Assembly (NCBI RefSeq): GCF_006345805.1
Contig: NC_043010.1
Span: forward strand, 18,290,001-18,354,000
From: Octopus sinensis
Lineage: Eukaryota
Reading direction: 5' to 3'
Length of the DNA stretch: 64,000 nucleotides
In this document: piece after piece, positions 26,781-38,754 of the stretch
Layout of the letters: the number at the start of each line of letters is the position of its first letter
Position numbering within the stretch: the first letter of the stretch is position 1
Notes under the pieces: model-generated
The model's database searches: none
The model's input: the letters and a program-made list of their open reading frames with translations, nothing else
Told to the model about the DNA's origin: nothing
Program-made: the position numbers and the translations under genes

Positions 26781-27785
26781 CTGAAACAAATTGAAAACTT
26801 AGAGTTAGAATTGAATATCAAAAGTAAAAAAATACTTTTGTGATAAAAATTTTTATTTAATAACTGGAAGCAAGCAAATATTACGGTAAACAATGTGTGT
26901 GTGTATTTTATTAAAATGTGAATCATTCAATGTCAATAATTTGAATACTTTATTGTAAATGATTTCCCTGTTTCCCTGAACAACTAAACTCAGAATTAAA
27001 TCTTTGGTAATTGTACAGACAGATATTTCGGACATTTTTCAGTGATTTCAGAAAAAAAAAAAAAAAAAATTAAATTCAGTAAAAGATTTCTTTAATTTTT
27101 CCACATCCCCAATTTTCTGTGAATTTTCTCTCACCTCTCTTCCTGAACTCGTTCGTTCATTTACTCATTCTTTTTTCTCTTTCTTTTGTTTCTTCTCTCC
27201 TTCGCTCTTCTGTTCATTCGTTTCACATTCACCTCCATCGCATTCCTCTTGCCTCTCCACCGACCTCACTCATTTTCTTTCCATACAGAATAAAATGGCG
27301 TTGCACTGGGCCTCTTGTTCTTCTCTTATAACTTTTTTTTTCACATTACAGCTTCTCGCATCCCTGTATTTCCTTCACCATCCTTCTTCAAACTCCCTCT
27401 GCTCCAATCTTTTTACTGCCACGCTTTCCTCACACTTAACACAACGCACCACACCCTAACTATAACCCATGCCACTTTACATCCGTATTCGCACACCTCT
27501 GCATATACACCCTCACACGCATACAAACACATGCACGCGACAACACAGACAGCATTCCATCCTTATGACATATCAAAACCTGGATACACCCCTATACGTG
27601 TACACACCCGTCCTCTCTTTCCTCTCTTCTTAACTCCTTCCATACAACCACATTCGCACCTGGCCCCTAACCTTTAACTCCTTGTAGATTTTTTTCTCTT
27701 ATCTTAATCAATTTTCGTCTCACACGTACTTTAAGACTTTTTCCTTTCTACAGTTCTATATTTAAGAAATGAGGAATTATGTACC

Positions 27786-27943
27786 TTATTTACATTATTT
27801 ACATTATTTACATTTGACGGATATTTGTCCTCATCTTGTTTGTTGTTAACACAACCTTTAGGTGTCTTGGGGGAAATTTCGAACCTGGGTTCTCATTCCT
27901 AAGGTATTTTTCGATGTTGTTGTTGTTGTTGTTATTATTATTA

Positions 27944-28015
<72 letters not shown>

Positions 28016-28079
28016 ACACTGCCAGGAATCGAACTCGGAATCTTGGGGTTAGTAGCCCGCACTATTAACCACCGCACCA
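27786..28079 (-). mobile_element. tRNA-headed SINE with (AAT)n spacer and Penelope-like tail, hammerhead core deleted
   Basis: A-box-like TGGTGCGGTGG and B-box GAGTTCGATTCC (28079-28012), (AAT/AAC)n 28011-27916, tail identical to 20412-20538 except a 27-nt deletion at 27860/27859; ends in (AAATAATGT)n. Confidence 0.75.
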
Positions 28080-28080
28080 T

Positions 28081-28124
28081 ATACCTGATGAAGGTCGGAG
28101 GGTATATCAGCCGAAACCTTGTGT
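28081..28124 (+). ncRNA. Hammerhead motif in an inverted tail copy (28081-28185)
   Basis: ATAC-CTGATGA-A-GGTCG-(10 nt)-CAGCC-GAAA-CCT-T-GTGT. One mismatch in stem II; helix III is ACCT. Confidence 0.55.
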
Positions 28125-28204
28125 TAACAACAAACAAGATGAAGACAAATATCTGTCAAATGTAAATAAAGTAAATAATTTTTCCTTTCTATTTTAAGCA
28201 TCAA

Positions 28205-28239
<35 letters not shown>

Positions 28240-28295
28240 ACACACACACACACACGAGACAGAGATAGTGAGTGAGAGCAACATTTAATACTTAC

Positions 28296-28501
28296 TTGTA
28301 AGTGGGTGTGCAAGGAGAGAAAGACAACATATTTGGCATGGAATCAAGGTCAAGAGTTGAGACTGAGTAAGAGTTGATGTTAAGGTCAAGGGTGGTGCCG
28401 CGGCCCATGTCTGCAGTTGGTGGGGCTGCCTTACCCACGGGGCTTGTCCGCCAGAAGTCCGAGTAGTTCTGTTGGTTTGGTAGGTATGATGTTTCCATCA
28501 T
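28296..28501 (-). CDS. glass: Glass orthologue, upstream coding exon (MMETSYLPNQQNYSDFWR...CTPTY)
   Basis: Non-repetitive ORF with a consensus donor in the phase required by the next exon. 206+1210 nt gives 471 aa plus stop. A polypyrimidine acceptor lies 7 nt before the ATG (exon starts at 28508). Confidence 0.75.
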
Positions 28502-29015
28502 GACGCTACTGTAAAAGAAAGCAAAATTGGAGATTGAGTACGACTGTGATTTGGAGTAAGAATGGCTTTATGGTTCTGAGTGGGACTCGAAGTGAGAATG
28601 TGATCGAACGCAATGAAATGAGTGTGAAGGTAGGTGAACAAAGTGAAAGTGAAACTAAGGCGTATGTGGAAATATGAATGGGTGTGTGGGGGTGAGTAGG
28701 GAAAGGAAAAACATTCAAACTTTAAGATAAAAAGAAAATGGGAATCAGTGGTTGTGAGTTCGAATCTACTGCAGGGCATGTGCCTCATGGGGTACATGCT
28801 GTATGCGTGTGTGCATATGTATATATATATATTTGTATGCATGCGTGTGTGTGTATGCATGCATCTGTGTTTGTATGTAAATAATAATACAGGTGGACTG
28901 TTAATACCATTATCTAGTATTTCAATATTTTGGGATTAGGACCGGTTTTTAAAATAAATTACGGTGAAACATATTGATACACGTGTGTATATATATATAT
29001 GTGCATATGCATTTA

Positions 29016-29046
<31 letters not shown>

Positions 29047-29059
29047 ATATATATAATAT

Positions 29060-29095
<36 letters not shown>

Positions 29096-29237
29096 CACGT
29101 ATACATATTTATGTATGTATGTGTGTGTAAATATAGATACTAATCGGTGTAGTGGAAACATATGTAGGTCAATACTAAGCTGTATCCAAATCAAAATATA
29201 AATTAAATTTCATGAAATGCTACTTCATCACACTCCT

Positions 29238-29287
<50 letters not shown>

Positions 29288-29496
29288 TCTGATGAATACA
29301 AGAGTTACACCTGAGCTACTTCAAGTTTCATGCTTTGATACTGCAGCCACCAGAAGGTTTGAATAGTATACTTTGCACAACTCAGCAATCATTTAGGCAT
29401 AAATATGTTCATTAAATGACATTTATCTTTCACTGTACTGAATACTTTTATGCTGTTCCTATCAAATGAACAGTATACAATATGTAAAAATATGCG

Positions 29497-29529
<33 letters not shown>

Positions 29530-30444
29530 GAGAGAGAGAGAGAGGGAGAGAGAAAGAAAGAGAGAGAGAGAGGGAGAGAGAGAGAGAGAGAGAGTGGGTA
29601 TATAACGTTATAATGTCCCAGTGGAGTTCGTATTTTGTATTCGAAGAGTAAAGATTAAAGATGTACTTTACTGGTGTAACAAATGTTTTTTTTTTATTCT
29701 AAAAGCAATGTGTAAGTTGTGATGACATTTAAAGGAATTAGAAGTAGACTATGTGTAATAACAGATATCGTCTCCCGTGATAACGCTACACCTTTAGACA
29801 ATGTCGCCTTCTAAACAATTGCCCCTAAGGGGAGAAACAGAAGTCCTTCTACAATTACAGTTTAAGACATTTTATACGTTTCTGAAATTTTAGGGTTAAC
29901 TTTTGTTGCTACTCTTTTATGAACGCTTTAGCAACTACTTGTGTTATCTTCCCGTTCAATTCTCATTTAAAATTCTTTTTTAGATTTTCTAATTTTACTT
30001 CATAAAAGCAAGGCGGCAAGTTGGCAGAATCGTTAGCACGCCGGGCTTATCATGATTTCGCCCGTCTTTAGGTTCTGATTTGAAATTCTGCTGAGGCTAA
30101 CTTTTCCTTTCATCCTTTCGGGTATCAATAAATAAGTACCATTTGAGTACTGGGGTCGATGTGATCGACTTATTCCCGTCTCCGAAATTGCTGGCCTTGT
30201 GCCAAAATTTGAAACCAATATTATTCTATATATGAGTAGATTGCAAAGAGTTTGAATCCAGGTGTATTTGATTATTATTACTATTTTTAGGGTAAGAATT
30301 ACTGGTGTTAATTTCTTTAATTATTTTGTTAACCGAATGTACAGAATAACCATTTATTTACTTTGTTAATTACGTTGTCATCAATTTGAATTTACTGACA
30401 ATTCAAGTAATTTTCATTTCTTTTTTATATTTAACACATTAAAA

Positions 30445-31430
30445 ATGACGAATGGAACCGGATTGGGCTTCGATCAAAGGAGATTTTTCCCGAAGGGCTA
30501 CTGGAAGTTCAAAAATGCAATCAAAGAGCAACGAAGGGCGGAACAATTCAGAATGTCCACAAGAAATATTCCGAAACAACACGGACATCCTCGAACCCCC
30601 ACAAAGCATGAAGGGGTGCCGGAAACATTGTCAAGGTACGAAAAAATATGTACAGGAAGCGAATAAAAGTAAAGGTTCTCGAGTCATGCCGACTCATAAA
30701 GTTCCTTCCCGGGTCAAGCCGACTCATAAAGTTCCTTCCCGAGTCAAGTCGACTCATGATGGCCGGTTTCTCGGCCCGTCGCAGAATTACTCATTTTTGC
30801 CAGCTGAGTGGACTGGGGCAACGTGAAATGAAGTGTTTTGCTCAAGAACACAACGCATCGCCCAGTCCAGGAATCGAAACCATAAACTTAGAATCACGAG
30901 TCCAACACCCTAACCACTAAGCCACGCTCCTCCGCTAGTACAGGAAGCGAGTCGTCCGATAGGAATTCCAAAATCAAGCGTCCATCGCATTTTGGAAGGC
31001 TGTCATTGAAAAAGTTACATTGCAAGAATAGTCTATGCTTTCAGTGAAGGTGTTCCTGGCCGAAGAGCGGAATTTTGCCGGTGGCACTTGGTATCTTGTG
31101 TAGAACGTGTACACTTCTCAGCAGAGATTGGCTGGAGTGATGAGGCTACATTTAAGTTAAATGATTCTATTAACCGCCATAACTGCACCTCGTGGGGACC
31201 TGAGAATCCGCACATTACAGAGGGCGATCAAGTCAACTTACCATGAATGGCGCGGTTTAGCTTAAAAAAAGATTAATTAGACCATTCTTTGATGTCCCAT
31301 TTCCTTGAATGCGCCGCAACAATCTGCCATGCCAAGCATTCAAGATGCGGAGTTTTATTTCTTGCAAGATATGCAACCCCACTCCACGCAAACTTAGTAT
31401 TGTAAGGGCCTATCATGTTGAGATTTTGCC
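30445..31430 (+). mobile_element. Degenerate maT/DD37D-like transposase, split by a SINE
   Basis: GFDQRRFFPKGYWKFKNA (30445 on), then GIPKSSVHRIL...RRAEFCRW...IGWSDEATFKLNDSINRHNC..WGPENPH, LIRPFFD, FYFLQD. Many stops and frameshifts. Confidence 0.75.
30663..30937 (-). mobile_element. tRNA-SINE with 13-bp TSD and internal 30-bp tandem repeat
   Basis: TSD GTACAGGAAGCGA at 30650-30662 and 30938-30950. A-box TGGCTTAGTGG, B-box GGTTTCGATTCC, tail CTTTACTTTTATT. Confidence 0.85.
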
Positions 31431-31479
31431 ATGTTGCCAGATGCTGCAGAGATCTATATATTTAATATGTAATAAATAA

Positions 31480-31569
<90 letters not shown>

Positions 31570-31735
31570 TGAGGCAGGCGTGGCTGTGTGGTAAGAAACT
31601 AGCTTCCCAACCACCTGGTTACGAGTTCAATCCCACTGCATGGTACCTTAGGCAAGTGTTTTCTGCCATAATCTCGGGCCGACAAAAGCCTTGTGAGTGG
31701 TTTGGTCGACGGAAACTGAAAAAAGCCCGTCGTAT
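31570..31735 (+). mobile_element. tRNA-SINE family B, 5' part
   Basis: GGCGTGGCTGTGTGGTAAG...GAGTTCAATCCC...AGGCAAGTG head. Other copies at 1-75, 41215-41683, 44648-45043, 54044-54212, 54770-54985, 62875-63146. Confidence 0.8.
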
Positions 31736-31799
31736 ATATATAATATATATATATATATTATATATATATATATATATAATGTAGTATGTATGTATTATG

Positions 31800-31852
<53 letters not shown>

Positions 31853-32036
31853 ATAGATATATATATGTATATATGCGTGCATGAGTGTGTTTGTACAACA
31901 TGTGCATACATAGAGAAATGTTCCAGTCATTATATTAAGGAAGTATTTGATTACTTCCGCTCTAAATGATTAATATATTAAAACTATCATTGCTGCTGCT
32001 GCTGCTACTACTACTACTACTACTACACTACTACTA

Positions 32037-32097
<61 letters not shown>

Positions 32098-32399
32098 TTT
32101 AATTAAACCGTTGATTTTCAAAATCAGTAGAACTGCAGACAAAATGTCTTGTGTTGTCTTTTTACTTCCCGTGTTCGAATTCGGCGCCAAGATAGACTTA
32201 TCACTGCAACTTTCCAGTGGATTAACATAGAATACTAGAGACGATGTAATTAGCGACATATTTTATCGAAAAGCCTATTTTAGGAATGATTATTTATCGT
32301 TAATTTTGGAGGCACTTTGTCCCCAAATGAAACACAGGCGAACCTTGTCAATGTAGGAACGTCCCTGTCATGTTTTCGAATATCTCGAAAATCGAGGGG

Positions 32400-33390
32400 G
32401 CAAAAAACATATTAAGGTATGAGGTGATGGTAATAACAGCACACATAAACGGGGACAAGGTGGCATGTGAGCTTGTAACTCGATTCCTGGAGAGATCAGT
32501 CTACACCGAAGATTCTCTGTTGCAAGACTGAAGGTTTGGTTCAAATCTTCAGATGGATAAGAATTGGAAGAAGTCCCGAGTAGGGATTCCAGCTTCATCC
32601 TGAAACTGATAGAGAGGAAACTATTCCTAAAATGTCGGGCAAAGGTGGTGAATAACCGTAGGACTTTGTTTCTGGTTGAATTTAACCAGATTCGAACGTC
32701 TTTTCCCATACTTCATGTGGATGAAATGACTTCGTTTGATTCGAAAAATCTATTTGCTGCCAACATTCTTCGAGTGAAAGCCTCCGGTTCCCTGGTTTAT
32801 GATGCTCTGGCATGTGATGAAGAGTCACATCTATAGAGTCACATCGAAGAGTCACATCTCTAGAGACTTGTTGACGGGGATTAGTAGTGGTTTCTCTTTG
32901 TCCAGGTATGTTTTCTCACAAAATTCGGGTATCTAGAAGCTGGATACCCTGCGCGTCAACTCAGCTGTCTTAAAGATCGACATTTCTTTTGCAAGAAAGG
33001 ATGGGAAGCTTCCTTCTGCTTGATGGCTTTGCTGAGAAATGTTCTAAATAAGATGAAATGAGTTAAAGGCAGATAGTTTTGTCTTCGTTTGTTTAAAGCT
33101 GCAGCTTTTCCATTTGCCACATAGAAAATTGATAGTAAATTCACTGAAAGCAAAGTGAAAGTAGAAATAATCGTGGAGATGAATAGACATCATCTCTGAA
33201 TATGCACTCGAAGGAGGTGGTCACCAGTTTTGGTAGTGAGGTTTTCGGATTGGCTTCGTGTAACTGTTCTCCTTTTAGAACGCTTCGATGTTGAGTCGAA
33301 TATGGCTCTATGGGTTTTCGTTCGTTTCAAGCATTGAGAAATTTGAAAATAAATTTTAAGGAGCGACCCAAAAGCAAATGAAGTCACAAA
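32400..33390 (-). mobile_element. Highly decayed non-LTR retrotransposon RT fragments (CR1/L2/Jockey-like)
   Basis: Weak motifs KWK...NYLPL (like NYRPI) and NLVKFNQK (like W..N.V.FN..K). Confidence 0.4.
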
Positions 33391-33879
33391 TAATATATTA
33401 CATTAAGTAAAAAAAAAAAAAATCTCCTGGTCTATGCCTATACGTATATATTTTCATGAATACATGCATATGTAAAAGTATGAATACATAGAAATATGCA
33501 TAGAAACACCACCAAACAAAGACAGCATTCAGGGCAATGGCTCACCAGTGCTGCTCTTTCTTCTCTAATTTAAAACCCGTACCATTCCTGGTCACCAAAC
33601 ATAGCAGCTACAGGAATGGGTCAGGTGACATTTCTTCACTTTCCTGTGTTGAAGACCCGAATCCGTGGTTTTAGATTTGGGCACAAGGCCTGCAATTTCG
33701 GAGGAGGGGAATAGTCGATTACATCGACTTCAGTCCTCAAATGGTACTTATTTGATGGATCCCAAAAGGATGAAAGGCAAAGTCGACCTAGGCAGAATCT
33801 GAACTCACAATGTAAAGGCAGACGAAGTGTTGCTAAACATTTTTCCCCGGTGTGCTAACGATTCTGCCTGTTCGCCACG

Positions 33880-35155
33880 GGAAATATGGACCTCACACAA
33901 CTCAATTCTCAAAAGACACTGGAATAGAAGTTGGTGAGTCCAAATATATATTTTTGGTGCTAAAACATGGGAAATTTGTACCACCCTCCAAGACATTGAA
34001 CATGAACGCCCTAAAAATACACTCTTTACTGAAAGTTACAAACATCTTGCACATGATAAGAATGTCAGCTATGGTGGACCCATGAATAAGACAAGGAATG
34101 AATATCTCATGACGAATTTTAAAAAATACGGTCTTCTGAACTTCTAGCTTACAACAAGCATGTCGTACACGATACTTTTTCAGTACCTATCGTCAGGCCC
34201 GCATTTGGCCTTCTAAACTGGTCGCTGTTAGAGGTACGGACTCGCCAGCTCAAATTTGTACTGATGTTGTATGAAACACTGACACCGTGGAAGCATCTAG
34301 AAAAGAGGAATGAGGACCACCTTGCCTAACTTTGTGATCCCGAAACAGCAATGTCATTAAGAAAACTAATGAAGGTGGGGAGAAGCATGAAATAAGAGCT
34401 GATACAGATCCCTCCCCAAGGAGGAAAAAATATACCCATTCACTGAGAAGATAGTGCATGAGTTCTTGGAAGGAAAGACCCAAACCATCGAGGGAATAGA
34501 TCATATTAAATGTTGGTATGAAGAACCGATAAGTTTTTGACATTCTACATTGAGGGTCATCTCCATGCGCCTTAAGAACAAAAGATCTCAACCAAGTGCC
34601 TGCAGCAGGAAAGGTAGAAAACATTGACAGACAACAAAAGCAGGCAGTGCAAAATTAAAATTGATGACAACGATATGAGTTGCCAATTGTGAGGGAATGT
34701 CTTCCAGATACTATTTCCCCATGAGGCATGATGCGGTGGTCAGAACAAAACCAGCCACGAAGTGGAAACACGACCAGTCAGATATTGTTGTGTGGGACCA
34801 CAAGAAAAAAGACTCTCGCTGGTGGAAATCAGCTGCCCCCTGGACACCAATGTGGATAGAAAAACACGAGAAAGAGTACATTGATAAGGGGTTTGTAAAT
34901 CCAGGACCTAAGATACAACACTATTATTGAAGCAAGAGGATATGTACCGACCCGCCTGGAGCAAAGTATGGTTGAATTTGGGCAAATGGGGAGAGAACGC
35001 AAATCCTTAATTCACACACTACAAGTGATCACCATATCTGGGATTATATAAATCTGCAAGACCTTTTAAAGATTTTAAGGACAATGGTTAAAGCAAGAGG
35101 CTTTCCTTTACAACCTTGCTACCAAGGTCAAAATTTGCTCTAAATTAAAAAGAAG
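33880..35155 (+). mobile_element. 3' part of an RLE-type (R4/Dong-like) LINE, decayed
   Basis: DTGIEVGESK..LVLKHGK, SSELLAYNK, TDKFLTFYIEGH..EQKISTK, MSSRYYFPMRHD, DIVVWD and LVEISCPLDTNV (restriction-like endonuclease); ends next to (CA)n. Confidence 0.7.
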
Positions 35156-35192
35156 ACACACACACACACAGACTTACATACATACATATATT

Positions 35193-35252
<60 letters not shown>

Positions 35253-35461
35253 GTGTAAAGTATTTATACATAAATACTCGCTATTCCTACAGTGAGTTTC
35301 GTGGGTGTCGTTGATCATGCAACAGTTTCAATTCCATAGCGCGGCACCTTGGGCAAGTTTCTTCTACCTTAGATCTTAGGTCGACCAAAGTTTTGTGACT
35401 GAAATTTTGCTGAAGGAAATTATGGAAACATATTGAATGGATCGTTGTTGCTATTGGCTTC

Positions 35462-35530
<69 letters not shown>

Positions 35531-36789
35531 GGAGTGAGGACTATTCTTAACGTAATACCAGGCCCAAGTTTGGGGATAACTTCCTACTTTGCTCCTCCCA
35601 CCAGTTTCAGGCACCCGACCAACTTTGGCTGGGTAGGTGGGATTCGAACTCAAGTGCTCTATTATATCTACCAATGCACTGCTTTCATATTTTAGCCTTC
35701 CTGTTGTCAGGTGTGAGAAAAAGTTTGATAGAAATGAGACAAGAGAAAAGTGTGATGTATGGGAGGAGCAAAGCGGTGGGAAAAGGGGCGTGGTTTGATA
35801 GATGTATCGTCGCAGGCAGTCTTAGACGGTGGTTGTTTAACTCCAGGTTATCCATAGTCCTACAGACCTATGATTAAATGCGTTCCAGCCATGACTATCC
35901 CATTTATGGTATATCTTCGACGGCATTGTCCAAGGTGTCCCTCAGTTTTTAAGACATGAATTTGTGAGTGTTCTTACTGTTGCTCAACCTGGTGGTAGGG
36001 AGGAGCTGGTTACTGGGGTGGAAGGATTTGCACAAACTTAAAAATGGATGGCAGTCGGAGTATGTCTCTGAAAGAGACGGGAGAGGAATTAAGAAGGAAA
36101 GGCAGGGTGGGGGCGGGGTGTAAAAAGAAAGTAAGGGCTTGGTGAGAGAAGAAAGGCGTGAAAAGTATTCGGATAGTTGAGTATACGGAGTGTGGAGGGG
36201 GGGTAGAGAAAGAAATAAGTAAATATAAAGCAAGAAAGAAAGAAAGAGAGATTATGGAATTGATGCAAATAAATGAATACGAAAGGAAGAAAGGAAGTAA
36301 GGAAGAAAAGAAAGAAAGAAAGAAAGAAGGAAGGAAAGAAAGAAAGAGAAAGGATGAAGGAAGGATGGATGGAAGGAAGGAAGGAAAGAAGGACGGAAGT
36401 TAAAGCATCACAATACGAAATTATCGTGAGAGGAAAAGAACAACTGGTAGCAGAAGAAAGCAGTAGTGGGCGGGACAAAAGAGGTTGGGCGGGGCTAAGT
36501 TTAGATAGGATATGTTTATATAGGTGGGAGGAGAAATATATTAAGGTGGGAGAGAGAGAAGCAAGTTAGCTGAGGTGTAGGGAAATAAAGCGAGTTGGGA
36601 GGGAATTGGTAGGTAAGGGGTGTAATATGGGAGGAGCCAGATATTGAGGCGGCTTAAGGGTGGTGGTGGGAGACAATCTAGGTATGAACAAATAAACTAA
36701 ATACAAGTGTGCCTGAAGTGTATTTGTATGCATGTGTTTAGATGTGTGCACAGGTTTGTGTGTGTGAATGTATGAACGCATATGTGTAC

Positions 36790-36866
36790 GTCTATGCATA
36801 TATATATATATTAATTTATATGCATATATATATATATATATATATATTAATTTATATATATAATTA

Positions 36867-36924
<58 letters not shown>

Positions 36925-37170
36925 TATATATATATATATTAATTTATATATATATATATTATTTAATATATATATATATATATAATATATATATATATAT
37001 TATTTATATATATATATATAATTTATATATAGATATATATATATATATATATTATATAAGAATATATATATTAATTTATATATAATATATATATATATAT
37101 ATTATTATATATATATATATTAATTTATATATATAATATATATATATTAATTTATATATATATATTAATT

Positions 37171-37201
<31 letters not shown>

Positions 37202-37218
37202 TTAATTTATATATATTA

Positions 37219-37286
<68 letters not shown>

Positions 37287-37290
37287 ATAA
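36790..37290. repeat. (TA)n tract with TTAATT interruptions
   Basis: Directly visible. Confidence 0.95.
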
Positions 37291-37365
37291 TATTAGGGAA
37301 TAAATCCAAATTTACAGGAAAAAAATCAGATTTAGGATTAAATCCAATTTTATAGTAAATATTAT

Positions 37366-37673
37366 AAAATATTATTAGAGACAAAACCACTATTTTGCAA
37401 AACAAACAAGGAAAGACTTAATCAATACATAAATTTTAATAAATAGTCAAAAAAACCGCAACCGCCACTACATCGTTTCTTGTCTTGATCGACAATCTTC
37501 AGGTGGACTTCCAATTTACAAGTCAGTTTCATAATTTGAAACTGACTACCTGAAGATTGTCGATCAAGACAAGAACGATTGTAGTGGCGGTTTTTTTGAC
37601 TATTTATTAAAATTTTATGTATTGATTAAGTCTTTCCTTGTTGTTTTGCAAAATAGTGTTTGTCTCTAATAAT

Positions 37674-37678
<5 letters not shown>
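37366..37678. mobile_element. Head-to-head inverted pair of Penelope-like pLTR fragments, each with a hammerhead-like motif
   Basis: Arms 37366-37504 and 37548-37678, 43-nt spacer. CTGAAGA-TTGTC-GATCAA-GACAA-GAAAC on each strand. Confidence 0.7.
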
Positions 37679-37715
<37 letters not shown>

Positions 37716-37870
37716 ATATATATATATATATATATTAATTTATATATATATATATTAATTTATATATAATGATATATTATAATGATATAATAATAATTTA
37801 TAATAATAAATTTAATATAATAATAATTTATAATGATATAATAATAATAAGATATAATAAGATATAATAA

Positions 37871-38138
37871 TAATTTATAATGATATAATACAATTATGTT
37901 GATGGATGCGGATAAACCCCTACCAACACGCTAGAAATAGACGCTAAATGGTTCTAAAAATCACATCTACACTCCGATTGTAAAAAAAAATTATTATTCA
38001 TTTTTCATCTGCCTGCTTATAACCTGTGCTAACGGACTGTAGATATTGGTTTTTAGAGCCATTTGGCATCTATTTCTAGCGTGTTGGTGGTGTTTATCCG
38101 CTCCCTTCAATATAATTATATTATATCATTATAAATTA
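37871..38138. repeat. Inverted repeat with ~100-bp arms
   Basis: GCGGATAAAC..ACCAACACGCTAGAAATAGA..AAATGG.TCTAAAAA at 37871-37971; reverse complement at 38038-38138. Confidence 0.8.
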
Positions 38139-38644
38139 GTATAAATTGTAATCGATATATTTTTTTATTTCACGCTGGCCACGTGAAAAAAAATCATTAA
38201 AATGATTTTATCCTTAATTTGTATTGTATGTATGTATGTATGTATGTATGTATGTATGTATGTACGAATGTATAAATATGCATGCATGAATATGTATGTA
38301 TCTAATTCTATGTGTGTGTGTGTTTGTTATATAGGTTTTGTAACTTTCAGCCGATTAAAAATAAGAAATGATAAGAATTTTGTTCTATATATAACAAATT
38401 TAATTCTAATTTTTTTTGCACACACACACACACACATGTATATAGTTTCAAATTTTGGCACGGGGCCATAAACCCCAAAGCTGGTACATATTTTATTGAC
38501 CCCACCAAAAAGACGAAATGCAAATTCGTCCTCGGTGAAATTTGAACACAGAAGGTACAGACTTACGAAACGCCGTTAAGTATTTACTCCGGCGTGCTAA
38601 CCATTCTGCCAACTCAACGACTTATGTGTGTGTGTGGTGTGTGG

Positions 38645-38705
<61 letters not shown>

Positions 38706-38719
38706 TGTATGTATATATA

Positions 38720-38754
<35 letters not shown>

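Larger units (their letters stand above)
26781..28295 (-). other. glass: glass intron (1515 nt, phase 2, GT-AG)
   Basis: Donor AA|GTAAGT (28295-28290) and acceptor TTTCAG|A. AA+A rebuilds Lys in frame (...PTY-K-DFSVF...). Confidence 0.8.

Noticed and set aside
26781-26926. N-terminal 49 codons of the listed 451-aa ORF (MIHILIK...)
   Set aside because: AT-rich sequence upstream of a clear acceptor; intronic read-through, not protein.
28012-28079. tRNA gene candidates (also 39797-39860 and other SINE heads)
   Set aside because: A and B boxes are present, but there is no complete acceptor stem and each continues into a SINE body.
31235-31250. ATG|GTAAGT on the minus strand as the missing first glass exon
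   Set aside because: Lies inside the antisense of a decayed transposase, and phase 0 would give ATG-TAG at the 28508 acceptor.
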